A stretch of 64,000 bases of DNA from IMG/VR virus record IMGVR_UViG_3300022924_000016, positions 77,324 to 141,323 of that record, one strand, 5' to 3'. Of this stretch, positions 38,780 through 48,967 are shown piece by piece (position 1 is the stretch's first letter; the number at the start of each line of letters is the position of its first letter). A model generated the notes under the pieces. That model was not told the origin of the DNA. It saw nothing but the letters and a program-made list of their open reading frames with translations, and did not search any database. The translations under genes were made by a program, and so were the position numbers. The stretch comes from a virus.

Positions 38780-39700
38780 ATGGATGAAAGTTTTATTGAC
38801 AGTATATCTTTTCCTTGGTATGAGGCCGATATCAGAAAAATAAGACCGAAAGGAAACATTACTCTCAGGCAAATGATTAACTCTACCATAGCTCCAAAAG
38901 AAGTACTAAAGCAAACTTTTAGAGAAATTGAAAAAGCTTCTTTGGCGGGAGATAAAACTTTGAAAGCAGAATTAAAAAAAGGTCTTTTTGCAATGACTCC
39001 ATGTGTTCAAATAGAGGGTTCGAGAAATTATGAAAGTGTTAAATCATTCAACAATATTTTAGTAATCGAGTATGATGGAATTGAACATTCTAATATCTTG
39101 AGAGACTATGTTTTTGAGAAATTTGACAGTTGTTTTTTTGCCTTTTTGTCACCGAGTAAAAGTGGTTGTAAATTTTTATTCAGAATCAGTCCAGTAACGA
39201 CAGTTTTGGAATTCAAAAGGCTTTTTTGGGGACTTGCTTATGAGTTAGATAAGTTTATAAATTTGGATTATTCGGGAGCCAACCCTGTATTACCTTTGTT
39301 TATAAGCTGGGATGAAGAGGCCAAAGTGAGAGAAAACCCAACAGAATGGTCAAGAGGCGGGTATAAGGAAGGAAGTTTTGTTGCGTATGAAGGAGATTTC
39401 GAAACCCCAGAAGATGTAAATGAAGAGGATAAAAAAGAAGTTATAAATAAGATAACGTACTTATTCAATAAGATTGAAGATAATGGCCATCCACAATGCC
39501 TTAAAGCTTCCTGCCTCCTTTCAGGTTATGTAGCAAGCAATTATATCTCATTTGATGAAGCGCAAGATCTACTGATAGAACTTATTGACAATAATGACTA
39601 TCTTTCAAAAGACCTGAATAACTACAAAACGACTGCTAAAACAATGCTATTGAAATGTCTCGGAAGCCCTGTTCTTTTAAAACGCCACCAAAATGACTAG
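38780..39700 (+). CDS. VirE-N/BT4734-like primase-polymerase domain protein
   Basis: KAELKKGL.AMTP, VIEYDG, FLSPSKSGCKFLF, LFISWD; helical C-terminal domain. Confidence 0.7.
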   Translation: MDESFIDSISFPWYEADIRKIRPKGNITLRQMINSTIAPKEVLKQTFREIEKASLAGDKTLKAELKKGLFAMTPCVQIEGSRNYESVKSFNNILVIEYDGIEHSNILRDYVFEKFDSCFFAFLSPSKSGCKFLFRISPVTTVLEFKRLFWGLAYELDKFINLDYSGANPVLPLFISWDEEAKVRENPTEWSRGGYKEGSFVAYEGDFETPEDVNEEDKKEVINKITYLFNKIEDNGHPQCLKASCLLSGYVASNYISFDEAQDLLIELIDNNDYLSKDLNNYKTTAKTMLLKCLGSPVLLKRHQND

Positions 39701-39835
39701 AGAAGAAAAACTGATTAGTTTATTACAACCTAAAGATTATGTTTCAAAATTAAAATTGTATTGTAGAGACAGCGTTTTTAAAATAGAAAAATTCCGCGAA
39801 AAAGAGAAACACACTAAAAGAGTAAAAATAACAAA

Positions 39836-40081
39836 ATGGACAGAAGAAGGGTAGAAATAGAAGGTAGGTATGTAGATCAAGAGGGGGGTGTAACAGTAAT
39901 TTCAGTGCCTATTAGAGAGCTAATTGAAACATTGGACTATAATGGCTACACTGTAGTTCAAGATAGCGAAGTTAACCTGGATTATTCAGATAAGATAAAA
40001 TTTGAAGAACTGGTAGAGAAGTACTTAAAAGCCTCTTGGAGTGAAAGAGAAGAAATTTACAAAAATGCCACGAAACAATAA
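39836..40081 (+). CDS. Hypothetical protein
   Basis: ORF. Confidence 0.5.
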   Translation: MDRRRVEIEGRYVDQEGGVTVISVPIRELIETLDYNGYTVVQDSEVNLDYSDKIKFEELVEKYLKASWSEREEIYKNATKQ

Positions 40082-40307
40082 AGAGTATTGCCGTAATTGG
40101 CACGCTAAGAATAGAGAAAGAAGTAGAGAACTAGCCAAAGAATATTACCAAAGAATCTCAAAGCCAATAGAGCCTTTAAAATCACAAAAAGAAGTGAATA
40201 AAATACTTAAACATAATTCTGAGTGTTTTTTATACGATTTAGAAGTTGAGAAATGGTCTTTAAGGCATTGGAGAATATTTGAAAAATTAACAGATTAAAA
40301 ATACTAT

Positions 40308-40568
40308 ATGAAAGACAAAACCCTAGAATTAGACGAAAATTACTCGATAGAAATTACAACAAACGATTTCTACTTGAAGTATGAGAACAAGTACCTGAAA
40401 GACGGCAAAGAAGTAAACTCCAAAAACGGATGGTCTTATCCAAACCTAAAACTGAGCCTAAAAAAGTATCTAGAGGAAAGCCAAAAACAAGATAGTTTAA
40501 ATGGTATTTTAGAAGCAACAAATAGAGTAGAACAAACAATTGAAGCATTATGCAAAACTTTAAAGTAG
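40308..40568 (+). CDS. Hypothetical protein, tandem paralogue of 40550-40765
   Basis: LDENYSIEI...FYL...YPNLK..LKKYL vs VDTNYTIEV...FTL...HKTLK..LQQYI. Confidence 0.6.
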   Translation: MKDKTLELDENYSIEITTNDFYLKYENKYLKDGKEVNSKNGWSYPNLKLSLKKYLEESQKQDSLNGILEATNRVEQTIEALCKTLK

Positions 40569-40765
40569 ATACAAATTACACAATTGAAGTAGCAGAGGAA
40601 GCATTTACTTTAAATCATAAAGATAAAACTTATCCCCATAAAACCTTAAAAGACGTACTACAGCAGTACATAAGCTTGGCTTTGGACGAGGATAATTTTG
40701 AATTGGTTTTTAAAAACGCCGAGACAGTAGAAACAAAGATAAAAAGACAGTTTAAAAAGAGATGA
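40550..40765 (+). CDS. Hypothetical protein, tandem paralogue of 40308-40568
   Basis: Same alignment as the upstream paralogue. Confidence 0.6.
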   Translation: MQNFKVDTNYTIEVAEEAFTLNHKDKTYPHKTLKDVLQQYISLALDEDNFELVFKNAETVETKIKRQFKKR

Positions 40766-41192
40766 AAGAACTTAGAAAAAATGAGTACGTTGAGCTACTT
40801 GAAATAAATGAACTAATTTTTGAAGAAAAAGAACATTCAATAGTAGCGGACATACCAAAAATAGGTAAAACAACCTATTATCCAAAATCGAACAAAGTTC
40901 TAATCCACAAAGAAAATAAGTGGGAAGAAGATGGATTTTACTACATTAAAAACAAACTAAAATGAAATATCAAGAATTAGAGGATAACAAAAATTTCCAA
41001 AAAGGGGATCGTGTGATTATTCCCGTAGGCTTCGGATATAAGATACTTGATGTATTGGAAGATGATTTAGGATTATACTGTGTAGATCCCTGCGGAGGAA
41101 AATCAAGCAAAAGACATATTTTCATATCCGAGCATGATAAGTGGGATACTTCGTTAATAAAAGAATTAGGATTTAGAAAAATAAAACAATAG

Positions 41193-41555
41193 ATGCAAAA
41201 AGAAATTAATACGTTAAGAGATATCTGCTATAAAAACTCATTTAATGCAGGCTGGCATACAAATTTAGCAACAGGGGAGATATTGAAAAGAAATAAAGGC
41301 GAAATGCTGATGTTAGTAGTCACTGAAATAGCTGAGGCGATGGAAGGGGAAAGGAAAGACTTAATGGATGACCACTTACCAAACAGACCGATGGCAGAAG
41401 TAGAAATGGCGGATGCTGTAATCAGGATTATGGATTATTGTGGTAGATGGGGATATGATATTGGTGGAGCGATTGAAGAGAAGTTGCAATACAACAAAAG
41501 TCGTTTAGATCACAAAGTAGAAAACAGAATAAAAGATGGAGGTAAAAAGTTCTAA
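41193..41555 (+). CDS. MazG-like nucleotide pyrophosphohydrolase
   Basis: EIAEAMEG...EVEMADAVIRIMD...K..YN..R. Confidence 0.85.
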   Translation: MQKEINTLRDICYKNSFNAGWHTNLATGEILKRNKGEMLMLVVTEIAEAMEGERKDLMDDHLPNRPMAEVEMADAVIRIMDYCGRWGYDIGGAIEEKLQYNKSRLDHKVENRIKDGGKKF

Positions 41556-41798
41556 TGTCTAACCGACAAAAAGCATTAGAGGCACTAAATTCAAAAACAT
41601 TGCCTCTAAATTTAATTTGGAATTGCTACCTAGAAGAATGCCATGAAAGAAAATTCAGAGCACATCCAATAAGCACATTCCAAACAGCAATCAACCAATG
41701 GATAAGGTTTACAGATACTGACTTAAATTTGTATTTGGTTAAGAAGTTCAAAATAAACAGTCTAGAGAAAGACGGAGAAATCATAAAATATTATTAGA

Positions 41799-42416
41799 AT
41801 GTTCGTCAATTTTAAAGTTGTAGATAAGTTCTTAAAAGAATTTAAGATAGAAGATTTATTTTTTATTCTCGCCGTAAAACAGCAAGACCGAGAAAACATA
41901 CAAGAGTATTGTAATTTAAGTTCAAGCCAAAAACTTTTAGATTCAGGCTATTTAAAACGAATCAAAAACGGTGAATTAAGGCTTGATAAAAAAGGTACAG
42001 AGTTTTTAAGGGATTTGGGTAAGTCAGACAAGATTAGCGAGGATACAGAGAAACTATGTTCTTGGCTGGTTGAATTGTATCGAGGTAGAGAAGATGGAAT
42101 CGTGAAAAATAAACAAGAAATTCGTAGAAAGGCTCAGTGGTATTCGGACGAGACAGGGATCTTTAAAAATCGTTTAGCTGTATTGTTGCAATGTTTTATG
42201 CAAGACTGCTACACAAAGGAATCTGGCTTGACAATACAAGAGTTTAAAGAACAGAATCCAAGAATGTGCATGAACAATATGTTGGACAATTTATTCTATA
42301 AGCCCGAATCAATGTTCGACAAGCACTACACACTTGCCAAATCTCCTTTGAATAACTACTTTGAAGATAACCAACAGTACATTGAAGAGGTTTGGCGAAA
42401 AAACAATTTAGAATAG
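41799..42416 (+). CDS. Hypothetical protein, possible winged-helix N-terminus
   Basis: LLDSGYLKR....LRLDKKG pattern. Confidence 0.5.
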   Translation: MFVNFKVVDKFLKEFKIEDLFFILAVKQQDRENIQEYCNLSSSQKLLDSGYLKRIKNGELRLDKKGTEFLRDLGKSDKISEDTEKLCSWLVELYRGREDGIVKNKQEIRRKAQWYSDETGIFKNRLAVLLQCFMQDCYTKESGLTIQEFKEQNPRMCMNNMLDNLFYKPESMFDKHYTLAKSPLNNYFEDNQQYIEEVWRKNNLE

Positions 42417-42418
42417 AA

Positions 42419-43072
42419 ATGAGAAAGAAAAAATTAGTTGAATTATTTGCAGGCTCAAGATGTATGAGTAAAGAAGGTGAAAAATTGGGAATGGAGACAT
42501 TTTCTATTGATTGGACACCTTATGAAGATATTGATTTATCTATTGATATTGAATATTTACTTTTAAGTGATATTCCTTTTATACCCGATCACGTTCACGC
42601 ATCTTTCGACTGCACTACTTACACCATTGCCGCTATCTCGCATCATAGAAATGGCACAGAACCAAAATCAGACTATGCAAAAAAATGTGATAGAGTGAAT
42701 CAAAGAGTGATTTTTTTAATTAAAGAATGGATGAAAGTAAACCCAAACTTAACTTTTACTTTTGAAAATCCAAGAGGAATGTTGAGGCATATGCGATGGA
42801 TGCAAGAATTTAAAAGATACACGGTTTGGTATTGCCAGTATGGAGATGAAAGAGCTAAACCAACAGATATTTGGACTAACTTGCAGAATTGGAAACCTAG
42901 ACCTATGTGCAGAAATTACAAATATGACAAAGAGGGTAATATAATAGATAAGCATTGTCATCACGAAAGTGCAAGACGTGGAGCAAAAACAGGAACTCAG
43001 GGTAAAAAAGGAAGTTATGAACGATCTAAAATACCAGTAGAACTCTGTCAAGAAATCTTAAAATCAATTTAG
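42419..43072 (+). CDS. Small phage-type DNA (cytosine-5)-methyltransferase
   Basis: VELFAGS, ASFDCTTY, FENPRG, YCQYG...KPTDIWTN, RSKIP.ELC. Confidence 0.8.
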   Translation: MRKKKLVELFAGSRCMSKEGEKLGMETFSIDWTPYEDIDLSIDIEYLLLSDIPFIPDHVHASFDCTTYTIAAISHHRNGTEPKSDYAKKCDRVNQRVIFLIKEWMKVNPNLTFTFENPRGMLRHMRWMQEFKRYTVWYCQYGDERAKPTDIWTNLQNWKPRPMCRNYKYDKEGNIIDKHCHHESARRGAKTGTQGKKGSYERSKIPVELCQEILKSI

Positions 43073-44223
43073 ATATGAAAATGGAGTATAAGGGTAGATG
43101 GGGGATTGCAGTATGAAAGGGGAGGAGGTAAAAACTTAAACTTAATCATGCCAAATCATTTATACACAGACTCCACACGAACAGATCAGAAAAGTATTAA
43201 GAAGAAACGGTACAACCATCTTGAAAGATATTTCAGATGAGTGGTTAGATAACATTATTATTTATGAAGAAGACCAAAGACCTGATAATCCTTTTTTACC
43301 TATTTATCACGCGGAAAAAGAGTTTAGAAAAATGAATGATATTTCAAACAAAACTGACGATAATGATTGAAATAACGGACAATAAAAAATGAAAAATGAA
43401 TTAAAACCACTCAAAAACCGTCTAAATAAAATAGGAATCGAAATGTCAGGAAACGTTCCTTGGATATATTTAGATAAAGTAAACGGCAAAAGAGTCCAAG
43501 AAAAACTACATTCCGAACATTATTTTACAGTAGCTTTTTATAGTAGTAAAGGTTACATCTTGACAGACCTAAAAGAAATATTTAAAATTATTAGAAAATA
43601 TAGATGACAACAAGACACGAACTATACTCAGAACTTGAAATTTGGGTGAAAGATAAAATAGAAGATTTAGAAATCGAAAGGGATGAAGAATCAATGATGT
43701 GGCAAGAGGGCGCAGAAAACCCAAGCCACGAAGATTATGAAATCTGTATACAAGCTTTAAATCAAATCAATAAAGACTATCACGAATCAATGGAATTTTT
43801 AGAGAATTTATTATGAAAGTACAAGAGTTTTTAAAAGAAATTTCAATGAACATAGGAGTAGTTGACAATCATTCTTACTTAACAAAGGCAATGGAAGATT
43901 TTGCCGAATATAAATTAAAAGAGTATCAAAAAAGTCTTGCAAGTATGTGTGAAGAAGAAATCAAAAATTGTTGGGATTTTGGAGAAATGTCTGAAACAGA
44001 AGAAGATGCAGTGATGTGGATGCACAGAAGAAACACATTTGAAGAACTACAATCTAAGTTTGAAAATGAAACTACTTAAAGACCGTTTAAACCATTTAAA
44101 ATCAGATTTGGCGGGAGAAGAAAATCCAAAACTAGATAAATTTCTAAATAAAGAAAAAATAAACAGTTTAAAAATAAGAATCCGAGAATTAGAGTATTTA
44201 ATATTTAAAAGCGAAAAATAATT

Positions 44224-44607
44224 ATGTCATATCAAGAATTACACTACGGAAAATTAAAAAAGATTCAGCAATTACCACTACAAGAACTTGTAACTTGGGT
44301 AGAAACAAAACCAAATTTAGAAATTGAGGATTTTGAAGAGAAAATGGAAGATGAGTATGACTACTTTGAAATCCGCGATAAAACTAAAAGATACAAAGAA
44401 CCGTTTTATATAAAATATATCTGGAATAAAGGTAATTTATACGAAATGGTAGAACACTCAGGAGAATTAGAATCAGATGATTTATATTTGACAACAGAAA
44501 ACTCTGATGGTACAATCAGTTTCACATATTCATTCTATAACGGTGGGACTTGTCTTTCAGAGCTTTTGGAAGAAGGCCTTGATAAAATCCCGAAAAAAAG
44601 AAACTAA
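44224..44607 (+). CDS. Hypothetical protein
   Basis: MSY.ELHYGKL...FYNGGTCL.E motif. Confidence 0.6.
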   Translation: MSYQELHYGKLKKIQQLPLQELVTWVETKPNLEIEDFEEKMEDEYDYFEIRDKTKRYKEPFYIKYIWNKGNLYEMVEHSGELESDDLYLTTENSDGTISFTYSFYNGGTCLSELLEEGLDKIPKKRN

Positions 44608-44886
44608 ATGAACATATTCAAAAGATTATTCGGCAAAAAGAAATTGGAACAGGAAAGAATAATTCCAAGACCATATTCCTCATTTTATGCTAGCAGAACA
44701 GCAAGTACTAGCACAACATATACTGACATCAACAGTATAATTTTTACAACCTCAGATTATTCTAACGACTCTAGTAGTTTTGATTCAGGATTTGGAGGAG
44801 GAGATTTTAGCGGAGGCGGTGCAGGAGGAAGTTGGGATTCGGATAGCAGTTCCTATGATTCAAGTAATTCAAGTGGAGATTATTAA
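44608..44886 (+). CDS. Small Ser/Gly-rich protein
   Basis: GFGGGDFSGGGAGGSW tail. Confidence 0.65.
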   Translation: MNIFKRLFGKKKLEQERIIPRPYSSFYASRTASTSTTYTDINSIIFTTSDYSNDSSSFDSGFGGGDFSGGGAGGSWDSDSSSYDSSNSSGDY

Positions 44887-45002
44887 AATAATGTTAAAGC
44901 AGTGCAAATCGGCGCAAAAAACAGTTAAAAACAAATGAACATAAACAGAATCAAAGAACTTTTCCAAGAGGAAGACAACATTACAAAAACGACTTAAACT
45001 AA

Positions 45003-46592
45003 ATGGGAAAAAAGAGATATTCACAAGAGCAGATAGACTTCGTAGTAAATCTAGTAGGTAATGGAGATACTGTTACAGGAGCTACTAGAAAAATGTGCGA
45101 GCATTTCGAGATAAAATACGATGAAACTGCGGGCAGAAGATTCCGAGATATTTTACAAAAGAAAGGAGTCACAAGCAATACAGTAACTGTTGAAGACACT
45201 GATGTATTTAAAGAAGCTCAGCAGAAGCAGCATGACTCCACAAAGAAACGGTTTTTAATTTCGTGGGCGCAGTCAGAAACACCTGTACATAAGAGATTTC
45301 TTAAAAATATGGAAGCTTACGCAAATCATATTGATGGAGATATACTTATCTGTGCTGGGCGCTATCGTAACCCATCATCCCTGTCTTCAAGTAAGCAATT
45401 AAAGAAAAAAGAAAAGGATGTTAAAAATACATGGGATGCTTCGATAATACCTTATCTAGATGCTAACAGGCACAATTTACACCCTTTGTTGTGTGTCCTT
45501 TCTAATTTGAAAACGCAACCTACCAGCTCGATGCCTCTGAATGGTTTGAATGGAATTACAGGATTAGAGTCTTGTATAATTGGTCATCCTAGAGTACACA
45601 TGAAGTCTTTGCCTGTTGTAGAGGGGTATCCACATAAGATTTTGATGACAACGGGAGCAGTAACAGTTGAAAATTATACAGATACAGCAGTGGGTGTTAA
45701 GGGAGCTTTCCACCATCAGATAGCTTGTGTTATCGTAGAAATTGATGGTGAGAATTTTCACCTCAGACATATTATAGCAGATAAAAAAGGCGATTTTCAA
45801 GATTTAATGTATTGTGTCACTAATTCTGAAGTCACAGTGTGTAGTAAACCTGTGGAAGCTCTGATATTTGGAGATCTCCACATAGGGGAAACAAATCCTA
45901 TTGCGGAAGAGGTTTCTTTTAAAATGGCGGAATTGTTGAAACCTAAAAAAATTATAATTCACGATGCTGTAAATTCTCACTCTGTAAGTCACCACGAACA
46001 GAAAAATCCATTCCAACTATTAGAGAGAGAAGAAAATGGCAGTTGGTCGTTACAGAGGGAATTAGACGAAGCTGTTTCTTGGTTTAATAAGTATCCTCAG
46101 TACCAATTTGTAACTGTCCGTTCGAACCACTGTGAGCATATAGATGGTTGGGTAAAAAATACAGACTGGAGAAAATCTACAAATAAGAAATTATACTTAA
46201 AATTTGCTAACATTTTGGCAGAAGGATTAGCTCCAAAAGGTATAGTGCCGTATGTATTTTCTACTGAATTGAACAACGTTTATCCGTTAGGTTTAGATGA
46301 GGCATATAATGTAAAAGGTATTGAATTAAGTATCCATTCTCACGTTGGTGTCCATGGTTCGAGATCGAGCCCAACACAACTTAAAAATTTACCAGTGCGT
46401 ACTATAGTCGGCCACAGTCATGTACCAAGTAGAATAGATGGAACAATATCGGTGGGGACTCTGACACATCTAAGAATCTCTTATAACTCTGGAGCATCAG
46501 GGTGGTTAAACTCTAATGCGGTCATTTACCCTAACGGAAGAGTAGCACAACTTAATATCATTAATGGTAGATTTACAACGTTATTAGATTAA
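45003..46592 (+). CDS. T5 A1-like metallophosphoesterase/nuclease with N-terminal HTH-like region
   Basis: KRFLISWAQ.ETPVH..FL..MEAYA, TTGAVT..NY, FGDLH, IHD, SNH, HSH.G..GSR, GHSH, YN.GASGW. Confidence 0.8.
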   Translation: MGKKRYSQEQIDFVVNLVGNGDTVTGATRKMCEHFEIKYDETAGRRFRDILQKKGVTSNTVTVEDTDVFKEAQQKQHDSTKKRFLISWAQSETPVHKRFLKNMEAYANHIDGDILICAGRYRNPSSLSSSKQLKKKEKDVKNTWDASIIPYLDANRHNLHPLLCVLSNLKTQPTSSMPLNGLNGITGLESCIIGHPRVHMKSLPVVEGYPHKILMTTGAVTVENYTDTAVGVKGAFHHQIACVIVEIDGENFHLRHIIADKKGDFQDLMYCVTNSEVTVCSKPVEALIFGDLHIGETNPIAEEVSFKMAELLKPKKIIIHDAVNSHSVSHHEQKNPFQLLEREENGSWSLQRELDEAVSWFNKYPQYQFVTVRSNHCEHIDGWVKNTDWRKSTNKKLYLKFANILAEGLAPKGIVPYVFSTELNNVYPLGLDEAYNVKGIELSIHSHVGVHGSRSSPTQLKNLPVRTIVGHSHVPSRIDGTISVGTLTHLRISYNSGASGWLNSNAVIYPNGRVAQLNIINGRFTTLLD

Positions 46593-46642
46593 TATAAAAT
46601 TTACACATTTTGTAAACCAATTATAGTTTCGTATTTTTTTTT

Positions 46643-46740
46643 TCAGATTCTTACTGGCATATTTATCTGATATAAACGAATTATTTATTGAGAGACTCTT
46701 TTCATTAACTGTGCCAGCGGTTTTTGATTGGGGTTTTCTT
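46643..46740 (+). ncRNA. Putative kissing-loop cis-regulatory leader RNA (copy 2)
   Basis: Loop CTGGCA (46654-46659) is complementary to loop TGCCAG (46712-46717). Confidence 0.55.
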
Positions 46741-46757
46741 GTTTTTAAGCCGAAGTA

Positions 46758-47864
46758 ATGGAGCATTCAGAGTTTTTAAAAAGATTAGAAAAAAATGAAC
46801 ACTTTGTAAGTGGGTATTTTAAAGTTATAAGTAAATATCAATGTGATAAATGTAAAGTACTGGTTGAAACACCTTATGGGGTTTGTGCATGTGATCCTAG
46901 AAATTTATATGAGCATAATACAAGACCCACAATTATGACAGCGGTTGATAAAAATAGTTACTATTCAAATTATATTAAAGAACACAATGAAAACTATAAA
47001 AATAATAACTTTGAAATTGTTTCAGACTTCATAGGTTTTAATAAGGAGATATTTGTTAAAACAGAATATGGAGTTCATAAAACAACTGCCAATAGCTTAA
47101 AACGAGGAGAGATGCCTGGAATAAACAGTGCTGTTAATAAGGTAGATTATGTTCATAACCAATTAATTGAAACAAACGAATATTACAGAAAAGGACTATT
47201 TAAAGTAATAAGTTATAAAAGAGGAAAAGTCACTTTAGAAGACAGTTTTGGGTTGTGTACTATGTTATTAAATGATTTGGTTAACAACTGTCAACCCACT
47301 ATTTTAAGTGCTGTGGACAAGACAGATTATATTAAAAATAAATTTAAGGATTTAATACACTATGGTAATTATGACTATTCTAAATTTGTATATGATTGTG
47401 CTAGATGTAAATCTATAATAATCTGTAGAGAACATGGTGAATTTTATCAAACCCCCTCAAAACATTTAGGTAACCAAGGGTGTCCTAAATGTGGTAGTAT
47501 AAGAACTGGAAAATATATGCTTGAAAACCCAAATGGTTGGAATTATACGAATTGGCAAAATGCAGGAGATAGAAGTGATAATTTTGACTCATTTAAAGTA
47601 TACATAATCAGGTGTTGGAATGAGCAGGAGGAGTTTTATAAGATAGGAAAGACTTTTGTAACTGTAGAAAGTAGATTTAGGTTAAAACTATTGATGCCGT
47701 ATAATTATGAAATTATTGAACAGTTTATTTTTAATAGCTCAAAAGAAGCATCCAGGTATGAGTTACACTTACAAAAATTGAATAAAAAGTCTACCTATAA
47801 ACCTTTTATTTTATTTAATGGGTCAAATGAATGCTTTAATAAATATTCTTTAACAGTCCTATAG
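46758..47864 (+). CDS. Free-standing GIY-YIG-like (T5orf172/MUG113-type) endonuclease with repeats and Zn-binding motif
   Basis: Three N-terminal repeats ending SAV.K.DY; CREHGEF.Q.P..HL...GCPKC; VYIIRC...FYKIGKT...RF...E..L...F.G.NECF. Confidence 0.7.
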   Translation: MEHSEFLKRLEKNEHFVSGYFKVISKYQCDKCKVLVETPYGVCACDPRNLYEHNTRPTIMTAVDKNSYYSNYIKEHNENYKNNNFEIVSDFIGFNKEIFVKTEYGVHKTTANSLKRGEMPGINSAVNKVDYVHNQLIETNEYYRKGLFKVISYKRGKVTLEDSFGLCTMLLNDLVNNCQPTILSAVDKTDYIKNKFKDLIHYGNYDYSKFVYDCARCKSIIICREHGEFYQTPSKHLGNQGCPKCGSIRTGKYMLENPNGWNYTNWQNAGDRSDNFDSFKVYIIRCWNEQEEFYKIGKTFVTVESRFRLKLLMPYNYEIIEQFIFNSSKEASRYELHLQKLNKKSTYKPFILFNGSNECFNKYSLTVL

Positions 47865-47935
47865 GTACAACTGATACCTCATACTATCAAACCTAATCTT
47901 TTGTTAAATAAAATTTGCAGTTAAAACTAATTGTA

Positions 47936-48004
47936 TATCTTTGTAGAAGAAATCAGGAAAATGATTATTTTTAAGTCTTTTTCCGCCGAAAATTAAATAA
48001 AATG
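47936..48004 (+). repeat. Promoter/5'UTR cassette, copy B
   Basis: TATCTTTGTAGAAGAAAT...TTTTTAAGTCTTTTTCCGCCGAAAATTAAATAAAATG; TTTG at 47914-47917. Confidence 0.7.
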
Positions 48005-48421
48005 ACACTAAATGTAAAAACACTCGCTCAAGAACTTGAAGATTTTCGCAATCCAGAAGAAGGTAAAGCAGTCTTGAAAGAGTGGGGAGAAAAGCTAATT
48101 AGAGAGCATGCTCACAAAAACCGCTGGCAAGAAAAGACTGCCAAACTTCTAGAGTCAAAAACAGATGAAGAATTGGACTCGCTTTACGCTAAGTATTTAA
48201 AACATGCACAAAAAAGAAGTGATATTCTTTATGAGCAAAATATTGATGGAGAGAGTAGTCTAAACGCAATAATTCTAGAAGCTTTTTCAAAGGCAGGTAA
48301 AGTTTCCAAAAAGAAAAAAGATTACGGCATGTTCACTTCTATTGTTTATCGTTATAGGGGATTTAAAGCTGAGTTAATTTGTGGTCAAGGCTGTTTTATA
48401 TCAATTGATAAAATTAAATAA
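48002..48421 (+). CDS. Hypothetical protein
   Basis: ORF ending in GQGCFISI. Confidence 0.6.
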   Translation: MTLNVKTLAQELEDFRNPEEGKAVLKEWGEKLIREHAHKNRWQEKTAKLLESKTDEELDSLYAKYLKHAQKRSDILYEQNIDGESSLNAIILEAFSKAGKVSKKKKDYGMFTSIVYRYRGFKAELICGQGCFISIDKIK

Positions 48422-48727
48422 TTATGGATATATTAGCATTTATGACACCATTTTTTAAGAGTAAGCAAGATGTAATGGCTGAAAAGAAAAGAGAATTATT
48501 TAAAGCTTACAAGTGGATTAGAGAAAACAACAATACTATATCAGATGAAATTTTAGATTTGATGTATAATTCAGCGAAAGAAAAGATTGAGACAAACCCT
48601 GAAATGTTTAAATTATGAAAAATAAATCATATTGGTATTATTTGAAACAACAGATTAAGAAAGATAGCACTGAATTATTAATTGTAGTAGGTTCAGTTAT
48701 TGTAGGTATAATTTTAGTCAATTTAAT

Positions 48728-48967
48728 ATGAAAAAACTGTTTTTATTTTTAATTCTTTTTTGCGCGATTTCGTGCTCATTCAAAGAACCAAAACCAATAG
48801 AGAGGTATCAAGACAAAGGGTTTGTGCTTATTGAAGAGCCTATGAAATGGAACGGCTCTAAATTATTTTTAAAACTTAAGAATGCAGATACTATTATTGA
48901 AGTAGCTGTCCCACCATTCGATGCTTTAAATCTAAAAATAGGCGACACATTAAAATCAAAATTATGA
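48728..48967 (+). CDS. Putative lipoprotein
   Basis: MKKLFLFLILFCAIS/C lipobox-like signal. Confidence 0.55.
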   Translation: MKKLFLFLILFCAISCSFKEPKPIERYQDKGFVLIEEPMKWNGSKLFLKLKNADTIIEVAVPPFDALNLKIGDTLKSKL

